The notes under the pieces are model-generated. The model searched no databases. It saw nothing but the letters and a program-made list of their open reading frames with translations, and was not told where the DNA came from. Of a DNA stretch of 64,000 bases, positions 1 through 9,262 are shown one piece after another. The stretch is from contig JAAYWB010000059.1 in the NCBI GenBank assembly GCA_012516855.1, positions 2,581 through 66,580 on the forward strand, read 5' to 3'. How positions within the stretch are numbered: the stretch's first letter is position 1; every line of letters begins with the position of its first letter. The stretch comes from Candidatus Cloacimonadota bacterium. GTDB lineage: Bacteria > Cloacimonadota > Cloacimonadia > Cloacimonadales > Cloacimonadaceae. The translations under genes and the position numbers were made by a program.

Positions 1-453
1 TAAATAAGTGTTGTATGGAAACTGGATGTTTTTATTCGAGTTCCTATCTTTGAAGTAAGATCCATGACTACCTAATGTAAAGCCATTAACTACTCCGGGG
101 TTTTCTAATATCCGGAAAGTGGTTTTAATATCAACTGCGAATCTGATTTTGTCGTTTTCTTTATGGACAAAACTAAGATCTGGGTAATAATTCTGGTGAT
201 CAGGAAGGACGATATTGTAATTAAAATCATCGGCAAACTTGACGATAGCGGGGAAAAGATGTATTTCAAGTATTTTAGAAATGATCTTCGTATCTGCACT
301 TATTGTATATATGTTCTTTAATATGTCAATAAACCCTTTTACTTTCCATTGTCCATCACCGTTAGCTACATATTCTGATAATCCTTTAGCGAATTCCTTT
401 AGATTCCTAGTGAAATCAGATTTATAGTGTTTGTATTTATCTTTAACTGGCAT
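1..453 (-). CDS. Type II restriction endonuclease, EcoRV family (N-terminal 151 codons; gene continues beyond left window edge)
   Basis: Absent from the ORF track because it is open at the edge. Hand translation from ATG 453..451 (AGGAG upstream) gives MPVKDKYKHYKSDF...ISADTKIISKILEIHLFPAIVKFADDFNYNIVLPDHQNYYPDLSFVHKENDKIRFAVDIKTTF...FTLGSHGSYFKDRNSNKNIQFPYNTYL with no stop. It is collinear with EcoRV as I remember it (GSDTKVLSTIFELF, QQNHYPDFTLY...KKIAIDIKTTY, FTLGGYTSFIRNNTKNIVYPFDQY), including the PD...D-x-K catalytic motif. The region is AT-rich. Confidence 0.75.
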   Translation of the reverse strand, partial: MPVKDKYKHYKSDFTRNLKEFAKGLSEYVANGDGQWKVKGFIDILKNIYTISADTKIISKILEIHLFPAIVKFADDFNYNIVLPDHQNYYPDLSFVHKENDKIRFAVDIKTTFRILENPGVVNGFTLGSHGSYFKDRNSNKNIQFPYNTYL

Positions 454-929
454 CTTCGTTCTCCTAAGTAATGATTTCTTCGTTGAGTTCCATAATGTTT
501 GGTGTAAAATCCAACTCGTTGTTCTCTGGTTGCTTGAGGGCATCTGATACCCCTCGTTTATCACGATCTGTGTAAAGCCAAGCGGCTGAACGCATTGTTT
601 TTGTCTAGTAAATCCAAGTCAAGTTCTTTTTTTATAACTAGCTACCTAGTTGCAACTGCGAATCAACTGGCATTGGGCTTTATAAGTCTCCCTGATTCTT
701 TCCAAAGTTTCTAAGAAATAGATCCTGCCCTCTGGTCCAGTCTCGTGAATACCCTTGCGGTTTGGCTTTCAGATGGCTTATGCTGCTATTTCCACCGGGA
801 AAATGCTGATGCTCTTTTCCATTGCACTGGCTCCGGGATTTAGCATCGGATATCTGATTGACAAAAACCCAGCTCCGGCTGGATATGGTCCCTTGATTGA
901 GACAGGGTTAGAACCCGCCTGAGGATAAG

Positions 930-3809
930 ATGAACAGGATTGCCAAGTATTTGCCCTTGTTGCTGTTGGCGTTGATTGCCAGCAGCCTTTGCGCCACCCA
1001 GCCCTTCTGGAGTTTGGAGCCGAGCACGCAAGAAATTGAGCGTGCCGATTCTCTCACCGGATTTGACATCACCAAGTATGAGATAAACCTCGCGATAGAC
1101 ACCCAGAGCCAGTACATCACAGGCATGGTGGAGACGCAGGTAACGCCGGAGTGGCCTCTGGATTCGATCCAGTATGAATTGGAGAGCGATTCGCTGCATG
1201 TTTACAGCGTTCTGCTCAACGACGCGCCGGTGGCTTTCACCCATGCCAACGGGCTGGTGAGCATTCCGCTGCCTCCCGCGCAGCGAACTCCTTTTGTTAC
1301 CAAGGTTTACTATTCCGGCCACCCCCGCCGTTCGCCCCCGCCTTACAACATCGGCCTGATCTTCACCCCCTCCGCGGTTTACACCCTCTCCAACCCCGAC
1401 GCCGGGCGCTATTTCTGGCCCTCGTATGACCATCCCTGGGATAAGGCTTTGGTGGACTGGAACATAAGCATCCGAAGCGACTGGCTTGTCGCCGCCAACG
1501 GGATCAGGACCGGAATCACGGACAACGGAGACGGCACCCACACCCACCATTGGGTATCATCCTATCCCATAGCCACTTACGTGATGGGTTTCGCGGCCGC
1601 GCCCTATATCGAGTTCGCGCAGCAAGCCGGCGACCTGTTCATCCAGAATTTCGTGATGCCCGGCCAACTCAACAACGCCCAGGTGGATTTCGCCAACGTT
1701 CCGGACATGATCGACTTCTTCTCCTCCTTGTACGGGCCTTATCCCTTTGAAAAATATGGGCATATGGTGGTGCCGATGACCACCTACGCGGCAATGGAAC
1801 ACCAGACCATGACCACCTTTGGCGCGGCTTACCTGACCGGGGACCAGAACTATGAATCAATTGTGGCGCATGAGCTTACGCATCAATGGTACGGAAACCT
1901 GGTGACACCCATCACCATGCGCGAAGTGTGGCTGAAGGAAAGTTTTGCCACCTACTCGGAATTCCTCTGGGAAGCGCATCACGAGGGCTGGCAGGCCGGC
2001 TGCGACTATCTGCGCGACCACATCCAGCAATACTACATCTCCTGGGAGAACAACAACGGTCCTCAAACCATCTTCGACCCTGAATACAACATGATGTTCG
2101 CGCCGCCCACCTACGAAAAATCGGCCTCCGTGCTGCACATGCTGAGGCTGAAGCTGGGCAACGACGCCTTCTTCAACTTCATCCGCTCCATCATAACCGC
2201 GTTTCCTGGCGGAAACATCAACACGGCGGAATTCATCGACCTCGCCGAACAAGCCGGCGGAATGGACCTAAGCCAGTTTTTCCAGCAGTGGATATATTCA
2301 CCGGGCATCCCCGACGCCAGCTTTACCGTTCTGCACAACGACAGCGGCCAGGCCAAGGTCATCGGAACCACAACCAGTCCAACTTCCACCCTTTTCGACA
2401 TAGACGTGCCGATCGGCATACCGGGCTCGGCGGTGGCGGATTCTCTGGTGATCCGCGCCACTCCGGAAGGTTACACAAACTATTTTCCCATAGCGCTTTC
2501 CGATGACGTCGGCACAATCCTGATTGACCCCAACCACTGGGTTTTGACCCGTTCCTTCACTCAAAACACGCTGCAACTGGCTACCTGCCTGGCTTATGAC
2601 GGCGCGGTGGACCTGAGTTGGAATCCTTTTGAAGGAGGCATCCCGCTGGCGGGTTACCATGTTTTCCGCAGACAGATTCCGGATGGGGATTTCATCCGCG
2701 TGACAGACGTTCCCGTTAATTCATTGAACTACACGGACTCCAGCGTAACCAACGGCCAAATCTATCAATACCATGTTACCGCTGTGGACCTGGAAGGCTT
2801 TCGCAGCCTGCCTTCCAACGTGATGGAAGCGGCGCCGATCCACTTTCCCTTCGACCGGGGTTTTTTGCTGGTGGATGAGACCAGGCATGGCAACGGAGCA
2901 AATATCTCACCCACCGACCAGATGGTGGATGATTTCTACGCTAGCGTTTTGGGTGATTTTTCCCACTCGGTTTGGGACTTGGAGAGCCAGGACCCGCTCA
3001 GCCTGGACCAGGTGAGCCACTATCCCTTCATCCTCTGGCATTGCGACGATTTTACGGACATGCAGATCATTGCCTACCAAAACCTTCTGGGCAGTTACCT
3101 GCTAAGCGGCGGAACCCTGCTGATATCGGGCTGGAAATACCCCAGCCAGTTCGACAGCGCTTTCCTAAACAGGTTTCTGCCGGGGATCACGCCGCTTTTG
3201 AACAATTCCGCCGTGCTGGTTTCCGCGCAGAGTGACACATATCCAGACCTCTATCCCGACCCGGCCAAGCTGGCGGCGCCCTGGAACGGGATGCTGCCGA
3301 TGAGCTATGTCTTTGCGGGAGCGGCAAATCCTCTCTACCGGGCGGAGATTTTGAACGGCGGGGCGAACAACAACGACCCGTTGGCGATCAGGGTCCATGC
3401 CGGCGGAACCATGGTGCTGCTTGGCTTTCCACTCTACTTCATGCTTCAGGATGGGGTAAGTGACTTTCTGGCTCAGATAATCCCGGAACTCTATCCCGAT
3501 GTGGCAGTTGAGGATGGCTTGTGTCCGAATGCCGGCCTGGCGCTTGTCTGCGCGCCGAATCCATTTTCAGATGAACTGCGGATAAGCTGCCAAACCGGCA
3601 AAACCGGTGAGAAAGTGGAACTCGCCATCCATAACGTTCGGGGACAAAGGGTTGGAGGGTTTCAGGGTAATTCCGGCGCCAAAGGAATTTGCCAGTTTGT
3701 TTGGGACGGACGCGACCAGCACGGCGATCCTGTCGCCCCCGGGGTATATCTGCTGGAAATGCGGACTGCTGGTGAGCGCAAGCTCTTAAAAACCTTACGC
3801 TTGCGCTGA
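930..3809 (+). CDS. Secreted M1-family zinc aminopeptidase with FN3-like domain and Por/T9SS-type C-terminal sorting domain
   Basis: 959-aa ORF. Signal peptide MNRIAKYLPLLLLALIASSLCA. GAMEN-like YAAMEHQ, zinc motif HELTHQWYGN plus downstream WLKESFATY glutamate. FN3-like LSWNPFEGG...YQYHVTAVD. The last ~80 aa (NPFSDELRISC...GVYLLEMRTAGERKLLKTLRL) look like a FlgD-Ig/Por secretion tail. Confidence 0.85.
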   Translation: MNRIAKYLPLLLLALIASSLCATQPFWSLEPSTQEIERADSLTGFDITKYEINLAIDTQSQYITGMVETQVTPEWPLDSIQYELESDSLHVYSVLLNDAPVAFTHANGLVSIPLPPAQRTPFVTKVYYSGHPRRSPPPYNIGLIFTPSAVYTLSNPDAGRYFWPSYDHPWDKALVDWNISIRSDWLVAANGIRTGITDNGDGTHTHHWVSSYPIATYVMGFAAAPYIEFAQQAGDLFIQNFVMPGQLNNAQVDFANVPDMIDFFSSLYGPYPFEKYGHMVVPMTTYAAMEHQTMTTFGAAYLTGDQNYESIVAHELTHQWYGNLVTPITMREVWLKESFATYSEFLWEAHHEGWQAGCDYLRDHIQQYYISWENNNGPQTIFDPEYNMMFAPPTYEKSASVLHMLRLKLGNDAFFNFIRSIITAFPGGNINTAEFIDLAEQAGGMDLSQFFQQWIYSPGIPDASFTVLHNDSGQAKVIGTTTSPTSTLFDIDVPIGIPGSAVADSLVIRATPEGYTNYFPIALSDDVGTILIDPNHWVLTRSFTQNTLQLATCLAYDGAVDLSWNPFEGGIPLAGYHVFRRQIPDGDFIRVTDVPVNSLNYTDSSVTNGQIYQYHVTAVDLEGFRSLPSNVMEAAPIHFPFDRGFLLVDETRHGNGANISPTDQMVDDFYASVLGDFSHSVWDLESQDPLSLDQVSHYPFILWHCDDFTDMQIIAYQNLLGSYLLSGGTLLISGWKYPSQFDSAFLNRFLPGITPLLNNSAVLVSAQSDTYPDLYPDPAKLAAPWNGMLPMSYVFAGAANPLYRAEILNGGANNNDPLAIRVHAGGTMVLLGFPLYFMLQDGVSDFLAQIIPELYPDVAVEDGLCPNAGLALVCAPNPFSDELRISCQTGKTGEKVELAIHNVRGQRVGGFQGNSGAKGICQFVWDGRDQHGDPVAPGVYLLEMRTAGERKLLKTLRLR

Positions 3810-3971
3810 TTCTGGAAAGGCCTGACCGTCCGTCATTTCTCCAACGGAATAATAAACCTTTACGAGAAAACGGAGTTAAATTAAATGGCCCCCAAATGAC
3901 CGGCTCCGGGACCGTAACTCCGTGCCCGGACAGGATTGGAATCAATCATCAGCCAAAACAAGGATTGAAAT

Positions 3972-5516
3972 ATGACAACCCAGATCATCAAACTGAGGGA
4001 AAAGCGCGACGCGGCGACCCTGGGCGGCGGCGAAAAACGCGTGCAGGAGCAGCACGAAAAAGGCAAACTCACCGCCAGGGAGCGGATCGAGCTACTGGTG
4101 GACCCTGACAGTTTTGAGGAATTTGACCTCTTTGTAACCCACCGCTGCACCAACTTTGATATGGACGAACAGGTCTATCCCGGTGACGGTGTGGTTACCG
4201 GCAGCGCCACCATCAACGGACGCCTGGTCTATCTGTTTGCTCAGGATTTTACTGTCTTCGGCGGATCACTTTCCAAGACCTACGCGGAAAAGATCTGCAA
4301 GATAATGGACATGGCACTTAAGAACGGCTGCCCGGTTATCGGGCTTAACGATAGCGGCGGAGCGCGCATCCAGGAAGGGATCGACGCCCTGGCCGGCTAT
4401 GCCGAGATCTTTTGGCGCAACGTGATGGCCAGCGGGGTTGTTCCCCAGATCTCAGCCATCCTTGGCCCATGTGCCGGTGGGGCGGTCTATTCCCCTGCCA
4501 TCACAGATTTTGTGATGATGGAAAAACGCAACAGCTATATGTTCGTGACCGGGCCCAAGGTGGTGAAAACCGTTCTGAACGAGGTTGTTACCACGGAAGA
4601 CCTGGGCGGCGCGGAAGTGCATTCCAGCAAGAGCGGCGTGGCGCATTTCATCACCAACAGTGAGGAAGAGACCCTGCTGCTGATAAAGAAACTGCTCAGC
4701 TATTTGCCCTCCAACAACATGGAAGACCCGCCCTATGTGCCATCCCACGATCCGATCGACCGTGCCTGCGCTTCGCTGGATGAAATAATCCCGGAGAATC
4801 CCAACAAGCCTTACGACATTCTGGACGTGATCCATGAGATGGTGGACGACCGTGAATTCCTGCAGGTGATGCTGAATTTCGCCCAAAACGTGGTGGTGGG
4901 CTTCGCGCGGATGAACGGTTTCCCTGTGGGCATAGTGGCCAACCAGCCAAAAATCCTGGCCGGGGTTTTGGACATCGACGCTTCCATCAAAGCCGCTCGT
5001 TTCGTACGTTTCTGCGATTCCTTCAATATCCCGTTGATAGTGCTGGAAGACGTGCCTGGCTTCCTGCCCGGCACCAGCCAGGAACACAACGGCATCATAC
5101 GCAACGGCGCCAAGCTGCTCTACGCCTTCGCTGAAGCCACAGTTCCCAAAATCACCGTGATCCTGCGCAAAGCCTATGGCGGCGCCTACTGCGTGATGGA
5201 CAGCCGCCACATGCGCGCTGACCTTGTTTACGCCTGGCCCTCAGCCGAAATTGCCGTGATGGGCCCCAAAGGCGCTGTGGAAGTGATCTTCCGTAAAGAG
5301 GCGCAGGCTTCCGACGATCCCAAACAGACCCTGTTGGAACGGGAAAAAGAGTACGCGGAAAAGTTCGCCAACCCCTTCGTCGCGGCTGAACGAGGCTACA
5401 TCGACGATATCATTGAGCCTTCGCGCACCCGCTTCCGCCTCATCCGGGCTCTGGAAATGCTGGCCAACAAAAAGGACAGCATCCCGCCCCGCAAGCATGG
5501 CAACATGCCACTTTAA
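3972..5516 (+). CDS. mmdA: Methylmalonyl-CoA decarboxylase alpha subunit (acyl-CoA carboxyltransferase, 12S type)
   Basis: 514 aa. The N-terminus ([46 protein letters not shown]) and the rest are typical of methylmalonyl-/propionyl-CoA carboxyltransferases. It is followed by biotin carrier and Na+ pump beta subunit genes. Confidence 0.85.
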   Translation: MTTQIIKLREKRDAATLGGGEKRVQEQHEKGKLTARERIELLVDPDSFEEFDLFVTHRCTNFDMDEQVYPGDGVVTGSATINGRLVYLFAQDFTVFGGSLSKTYAEKICKIMDMALKNGCPVIGLNDSGGARIQEGIDALAGYAEIFWRNVMASGVVPQISAILGPCAGGAVYSPAITDFVMMEKRNSYMFVTGPKVVKTVLNEVVTTEDLGGAEVHSSKSGVAHFITNSEEETLLLIKKLLSYLPSNNMEDPPYVPSHDPIDRACASLDEIIPENPNKPYDILDVIHEMVDDREFLQVMLNFAQNVVVGFARMNGFPVGIVANQPKILAGVLDIDASIKAARFVRFCDSFNIPLIVLEDVPGFLPGTSQEHNGIIRNGAKLLYAFAEATVPKITVILRKAYGGAYCVMDSRHMRADLVYAWPSAEIAVMGPKGAVEVIFRKEAQASDDPKQTLLEREKEYAEKFANPFVAAERGYIDDIIEPSRTRFRLIRALEMLANKKDSIPPRKHGNMPL

Positions 5517-5519
5517 GAT

Positions 5520-6392
5520 ATGATCATGAGCAAGAGAACAATATTTGGCCTTCTGCTGCTGGCGCTCTGCCTGGCGCTGGCGGCCCAGGAAGTGGAGCAG
5601 CCCAGCTTCGAAGACCTGCAGCTTCAGATCCAGGCGATGTCCGACAGCCTGCTGAAATTGAGGGAAAGCGAGGTTGTCAGCGCCTACGGTTTCAAGGAAA
5701 CGGACAAACTGACGGACGTGGCCGCCAAACTGGAGATCAGTGACCTCGAGCACTGGAAAGAGTATCTGGGCATCGAGCCCAAGAACGAGGTGCTCGACAA
5801 GATGAGCCTGCGCAAGCTGGGCATCACGCCTTTCCGGGCCTTTCTGGCACAGCAATACAGCATCTACGGCTTCACGGAGCTTAGTAGCATCGGCGAGCTG
5901 GCCGCGCAGAACCAATTGCCGGTGAAGAAAGTACGCCAGTTCGCCGGCATCGATAGCGAGGACAGGAGTTTTGACGACTATTCCCTGCAGGCGCTGAACC
6001 GAACTCCGGAAGAGTTTGTGGCCTTCGAAAAGGAATTCAACGCTAAAAAGCTGAATTTCGGAGCCATTATCCTCGGTTTTGGGATATTGACCGTGTTTGT
6101 TGCCCTGGCTGTCACCGCCCTGGTGGTAGGCCAGTTGAAACGTTTGAATCCCAAGCCCAAAAAAGCTGACAGCACCCTGGTGGTAACGTCTTCCGGCAAG
6201 GTGAAGGCCAAGCCGGTGGACATGAACTCACATGTGATTGCAGCCACCATCGCCACGCTGCACTTCCACAAACACGATATCGAGGAGCGGCGCAGGCTGC
6301 TGCTCACCTTCCGCCGTGCGGGTTCCGACCAGTGGCGGAGCAGCATGTTGCTGAACATGCCCAACCGGGAAATTCTGCGCAAAAGGAGCTGA
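5520..6392 (+). CDS. Atypically long OadG/MmdD-like membrane subunit with N-terminal signal peptide
   Basis: 290 aa. Signal-like N-terminus (LLLLALCLALAAQ), three loosely repeated helical segments, one TM helix (GAIILGFGILTVFVALAVTALVVGQL), then VIAATIATLHFH, reminiscent of the small gamma/delta subunits of Na+-decarboxylases. Its position between the alpha and biotin-carrier genes supports the call. Confidence 0.5.
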   Translation: MIMSKRTIFGLLLLALCLALAAQEVEQPSFEDLQLQIQAMSDSLLKLRESEVVSAYGFKETDKLTDVAAKLEISDLEHWKEYLGIEPKNEVLDKMSLRKLGITPFRAFLAQQYSIYGFTELSSIGELAAQNQLPVKKVRQFAGIDSEDRSFDDYSLQALNRTPEEFVAFEKEFNAKKLNFGAIILGFGILTVFVALAVTALVVGQLKRLNPKPKKADSTLVVTSSGKVKAKPVDMNSHVIAATIATLHFHKHDIEERRRLLLTFRRAGSDQWRSSMLLNMPNREILRKRS

Positions 6393-6397
6393 AAACC

Positions 6398-7111
6398 ATG
6401 AAAACCTACAAACTGATCATCGGCGGGCAGCGCTATGAAGCCCGGGTATTGGAATACACCACCAGCCATGCCAAGATCAATATCAACGGCACCGATTACC
6501 TGATCCAGATCGAGGATGACACCCTGTCCCAGGTGCCTGTGCTGCCACAGCAGGAACATTCAGTTCCGCTAGCGCCGGCATTTTCCAGCGATTTCGCCGC
6601 CGGCTCCGGTGAGGTCCGCGCTCCCTTGCCAGGGGTGATAGCATCCATCCGCGTGAAGGAAGGTGAAGCCGTTAAAAAGGGCCAGACCATTCTGGTGCTG
6701 GAAGCGATGAAGATGGAATCTGAAATCGCCGCTCCGGTGGATTGCGTGGTGGAAAAGATCCACGTGAAAGACCGTGCCCCCGTGCAGGAAGGCGATCTGC
6801 TGATGACATTGAGCGGCTTCGAGATCAAGGAACAGCCCGCACCTAAAACAACCCGCCAGCAAACTCCGGCTCCAGTAGCCAAATCCGCTCCCGCGGACAG
6901 GATAGTTCGCGCTCCGTTGCCCGGCCTTATCATCGATCTTAAGGTGCAACCCGGCGATGTTGTGCAGGAAGGCACCACCCTGCTGATCCTGGAAGCGATG
7001 AAGATGGAATCCGATATCCACAGCAACCTGAGCGGAAAAGTGCTGAAAATCCACGTGCAGAAAGGCGACACCGTGCAGGAAGGCGATCCGCTGGTGGAGC
7101 TGGAGGCCTAA
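6398..7111 (+). CDS. Biotin carboxyl carrier subunit with two tandem biotinyl domains (MmdC-like)
   Basis: I chose the ATG at 6398, preceded by AAAGGAG, over the track start at 6332. Two biotinyl-lysine motifs are present: VLEAMKMESEI and ILEAMKMESDI. A Pro/Ala-rich linker lies between the domains. Confidence 0.8.
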   Translation: MKTYKLIIGGQRYEARVLEYTTSHAKININGTDYLIQIEDDTLSQVPVLPQQEHSVPLAPAFSSDFAAGSGEVRAPLPGVIASIRVKEGEAVKKGQTILVLEAMKMESEIAAPVDCVVEKIHVKDRAPVQEGDLLMTLSGFEIKEQPAPKTTRQQTPAPVAKSAPADRIVRAPLPGLIIDLKVQPGDVVQEGTTLLILEAMKMESDIHSNLSGKVLKIHVQKGDTVQEGDPLVELEA

Positions 7112-7113
7112 AC

Positions 7114-8241
7114 ATGCAGGAATTTTTGCAGGTTCTCAACACCACCGGCTTCATTAATTTCAGCTGGGGCAACGTCGTGATGATCCTAGCCGGGATCGTG
7201 TTCATCTACTTGGCCATCGTGAAAGGCTTTGAGCCGCTGCTGCTGGTGCCGATCGGTTTTGGCATCGTTGTGGGCAACATTCCCGGCTTGCTAGAGCAGG
7301 GTCTGGGTGTGGTAAGCGAAGGCAGCGTGCTCAACTACCTCTATTTCGGGGTGAACAAAGGCATCTACCCTTCCCTGATCTTCCTCGGCATTGGCGCCAT
7401 GACCGATTTTTCCACCCTGATCGCCAATCCCAAGCTGATTCTGCTGGGTGCCGCGGCCCAGGTGGGCATTTTCGGAACTTTCCTGGGCGCTTTGCTGCTG
7501 GGCTTTAATGTGCTGGAAGCCGCCTCCATCGGCATCATCGGCGGAGCGGATGGCCCCACCTCCATCTTCCTGGCCTCGAAGCTGGCTCCCAACCTCATTG
7601 GTCCTATCGCCCTGGCAGCCTATTCCTATATGGCTCTGGTTCCGGTGATCCAGCCGCCGATCATGAAGCTGCTCACCACACCCAAAGAGCGCCTGATCCG
7701 CATGAAACCGCCCCGCCAGGTTTCCAAGAGAGAAAAGATATTTTTCCCCGTTATCACCTTTTTGGTGACAGCTATCATTGCCCCGGGAGGGGCCATCCTG
7801 CTTGCCATGCTCTTTTTAGGCAATCTGCTCAAGGAATGCGGCGTCACGGAACGCCTTGCCCTCACGGCCCGCACATCCCTGATCGACATCGTGACCGTGC
7901 TGGTGGGATTCACCGTGGGCGCCAAAACCACCGCCGACGTATTTCTGACTCCTCAGTCTCTGGGAATCTTTTTCCTCGGCGCTTTCGCCTTCGCGATCGC
8001 CACCGCCTGCGGTGTCCTTTTCGCCAAATTCATGAATCTGTTCATCAAAGACAAGATCAATCCTCTCATCGGCAACGCTGGCGTTTCCGCTGTGCCCGCC
8101 AGCGCGCGCGTTTCCCAGGTGATGGGTCAGAAATACGATCCCACCAACTATCTGCTGATGCACGCCATGGCCCCAAACGTGGCCGGGGTGGTCGGTTCCG
8201 CCGTTGCCGCTGGTGTGTTGCTGGGAATTTTGGGAAGCTGA
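7114..8241 (+). CDS. mmdB: Na+-translocating decarboxylase beta subunit (OadB/MmdB/GcdB family)
   Basis: 375-aa polytopic membrane protein with motifs typical of the family (GIGAMTDFS, GGADGPTSIF, NAGVSAVPASARV). Last gene of the decarboxylase operon. Confidence 0.85.
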   Translation: MQEFLQVLNTTGFINFSWGNVVMILAGIVFIYLAIVKGFEPLLLVPIGFGIVVGNIPGLLEQGLGVVSEGSVLNYLYFGVNKGIYPSLIFLGIGAMTDFSTLIANPKLILLGAAAQVGIFGTFLGALLLGFNVLEAASIGIIGGADGPTSIFLASKLAPNLIGPIALAAYSYMALVPVIQPPIMKLLTTPKERLIRMKPPRQVSKREKIFFPVITFLVTAIIAPGGAILLAMLFLGNLLKECGVTERLALTARTSLIDIVTVLVGFTVGAKTTADVFLTPQSLGIFFLGAFAFAIATACGVLFAKFMNLFIKDKINPLIGNAGVSAVPASARVSQVMGQKYDPTNYLLMHAMAPNVAGVVGSAVAAGVLLGILGS

Positions 8242-8311
8242 AGCCTACCGCGGAAAATATTTCTTTACCGAAAACGCTGTACGGATTATCATGTCCGCAT
8301 AGGTGAGAATC

Positions 8312-9262
8312 ATGAAAAAAACATGTATAGCCATCCTCATTCTGGCGCTTTCGGCGTTGCTGGGAGCCACCAAATACGCCGGTGAGATTTTTCAGCTCTC
8401 TTCCGGCGTGCAAAACCAGGCGATGGGCAACACCGGCCTCACATTTGGCAACTCCCTGGCTGCGGGTTGGTGGAATCCCGCCCTGCTGGCCGAACCCGGC
8501 TCCTGCGGAGTCGAGCTGATGCGGGTGGAGCATTTTGAAGGTCTGATGCAGCAGAACCAGCTGGGCGTAGTGTTTGGCACCAAAACCCGCACCTCTGTTC
8601 AGATCAACCACTTGGGCATTGACGAAATCAAACTCACCCAGCTTGAAAACCCTGCTGACAGCCTGAGCAATTCCAACCGCCCCGAAGTTTGGAAAACCGT
8701 GGGCAACCATGACTTGATAGTCTATGGCAGTCTGGCCCGCTCTCTGAAGAACAATCTGCATCTGGGCCTCACGCCCAAACTGGCTTACCGCAGCCTGGCG
8801 GAAAACTCCGGTTTCGGCATCGGGGCAGACCTTGGCCTGCTCTGGGACGCCGGCAAAGGGTTCCGGGCCGCGGCCAACCTCCGTGATTTCTTTTCCACCC
8901 AACTCATCTGGGCCAACGGCACCCACGAAATCGCCATACCCAATCTGGACCTGGAATTCGGCTACGGTTTTTCTCCCTTCAATGGAATCCCCGTCCACCT
9001 GGCCTTGCGCACCCAGATTTTCGCGGAAGACCGTGGCGAAGCCTCCAACGTGGCTGCCGGGCCCGTGAGCGCGGACTTTCATGCCGGGCTTCTGGTAAAG
9101 CCTATTCCAGCGCTGAACGTGATGGCGGGCTGGGATTCGGATTGCTTCACCGCGGGACTGGGAGTGTGTTATAAGGCATTGGGGCTGGATTACGCCTGGC
9201 GAAACGGCTCGCCGGACGAACTGGGTTCTTCGCAGAGGCTGTCTCTAAGCTACACATGGTAG
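8312..9262 (+). CDS. Outer-membrane beta-barrel protein, PorV/PorQ-like (tentative)
   Basis: ATG at 8312 follows AGGTGAG. Signal peptide present. The N-terminal pattern GEIFQLSSGVQNQAMGNTGLTF....WWNPALLA resembles the PorV/PorQ/UPF0164 signature. The sequence is rich in alternating beta-strand segments and ends with aromatic ...LSYTW. Confidence 0.45.
   Translation: MKKTCIAILILALSALLGATKYAGEIFQLSSGVQNQAMGNTGLTFGNSLAAGWWNPALLAEPGSCGVELMRVEHFEGLMQQNQLGVVFGTKTRTSVQINHLGIDEIKLTQLENPADSLSNSNRPEVWKTVGNHDLIVYGSLARSLKNNLHLGLTPKLAYRSLAENSGFGIGADLGLLWDAGKGFRAAANLRDFFSTQLIWANGTHEIAIPNLDLEFGYGFSPFNGIPVHLALRTQIFAEDRGEASNVAAGPVSADFHAGLLVKPIPALNVMAGWDSDCFTAGLGVCYKALGLDYAWRNGSPDELGSSQRLSLSYTW

Noticed and set aside
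464-595. 43-codon minus-strand ORF (MRSAAWLYTDRDKRGVSDALKQPENNELDFTPNIMELNEEIIT*) immediately upstream of the EcoRV-like gene, considered as a controller (C) protein.
   Set aside because: It is too short for an HTH C-protein. It has no helix-turn-helix pattern and no ribosome-binding site. It is probably non-coding leader sequence.
773-922. 49-codon plus-strand ORF (MAYAAISTGKMLMLFSIALAPGF...) just upstream of the aminopeptidase gene.
   Set aside because: It has no Shine-Dalgarno sequence and lies in a promoter-like region containing TTGACAA. The hydrophobic stretch alone is insufficient evidence.
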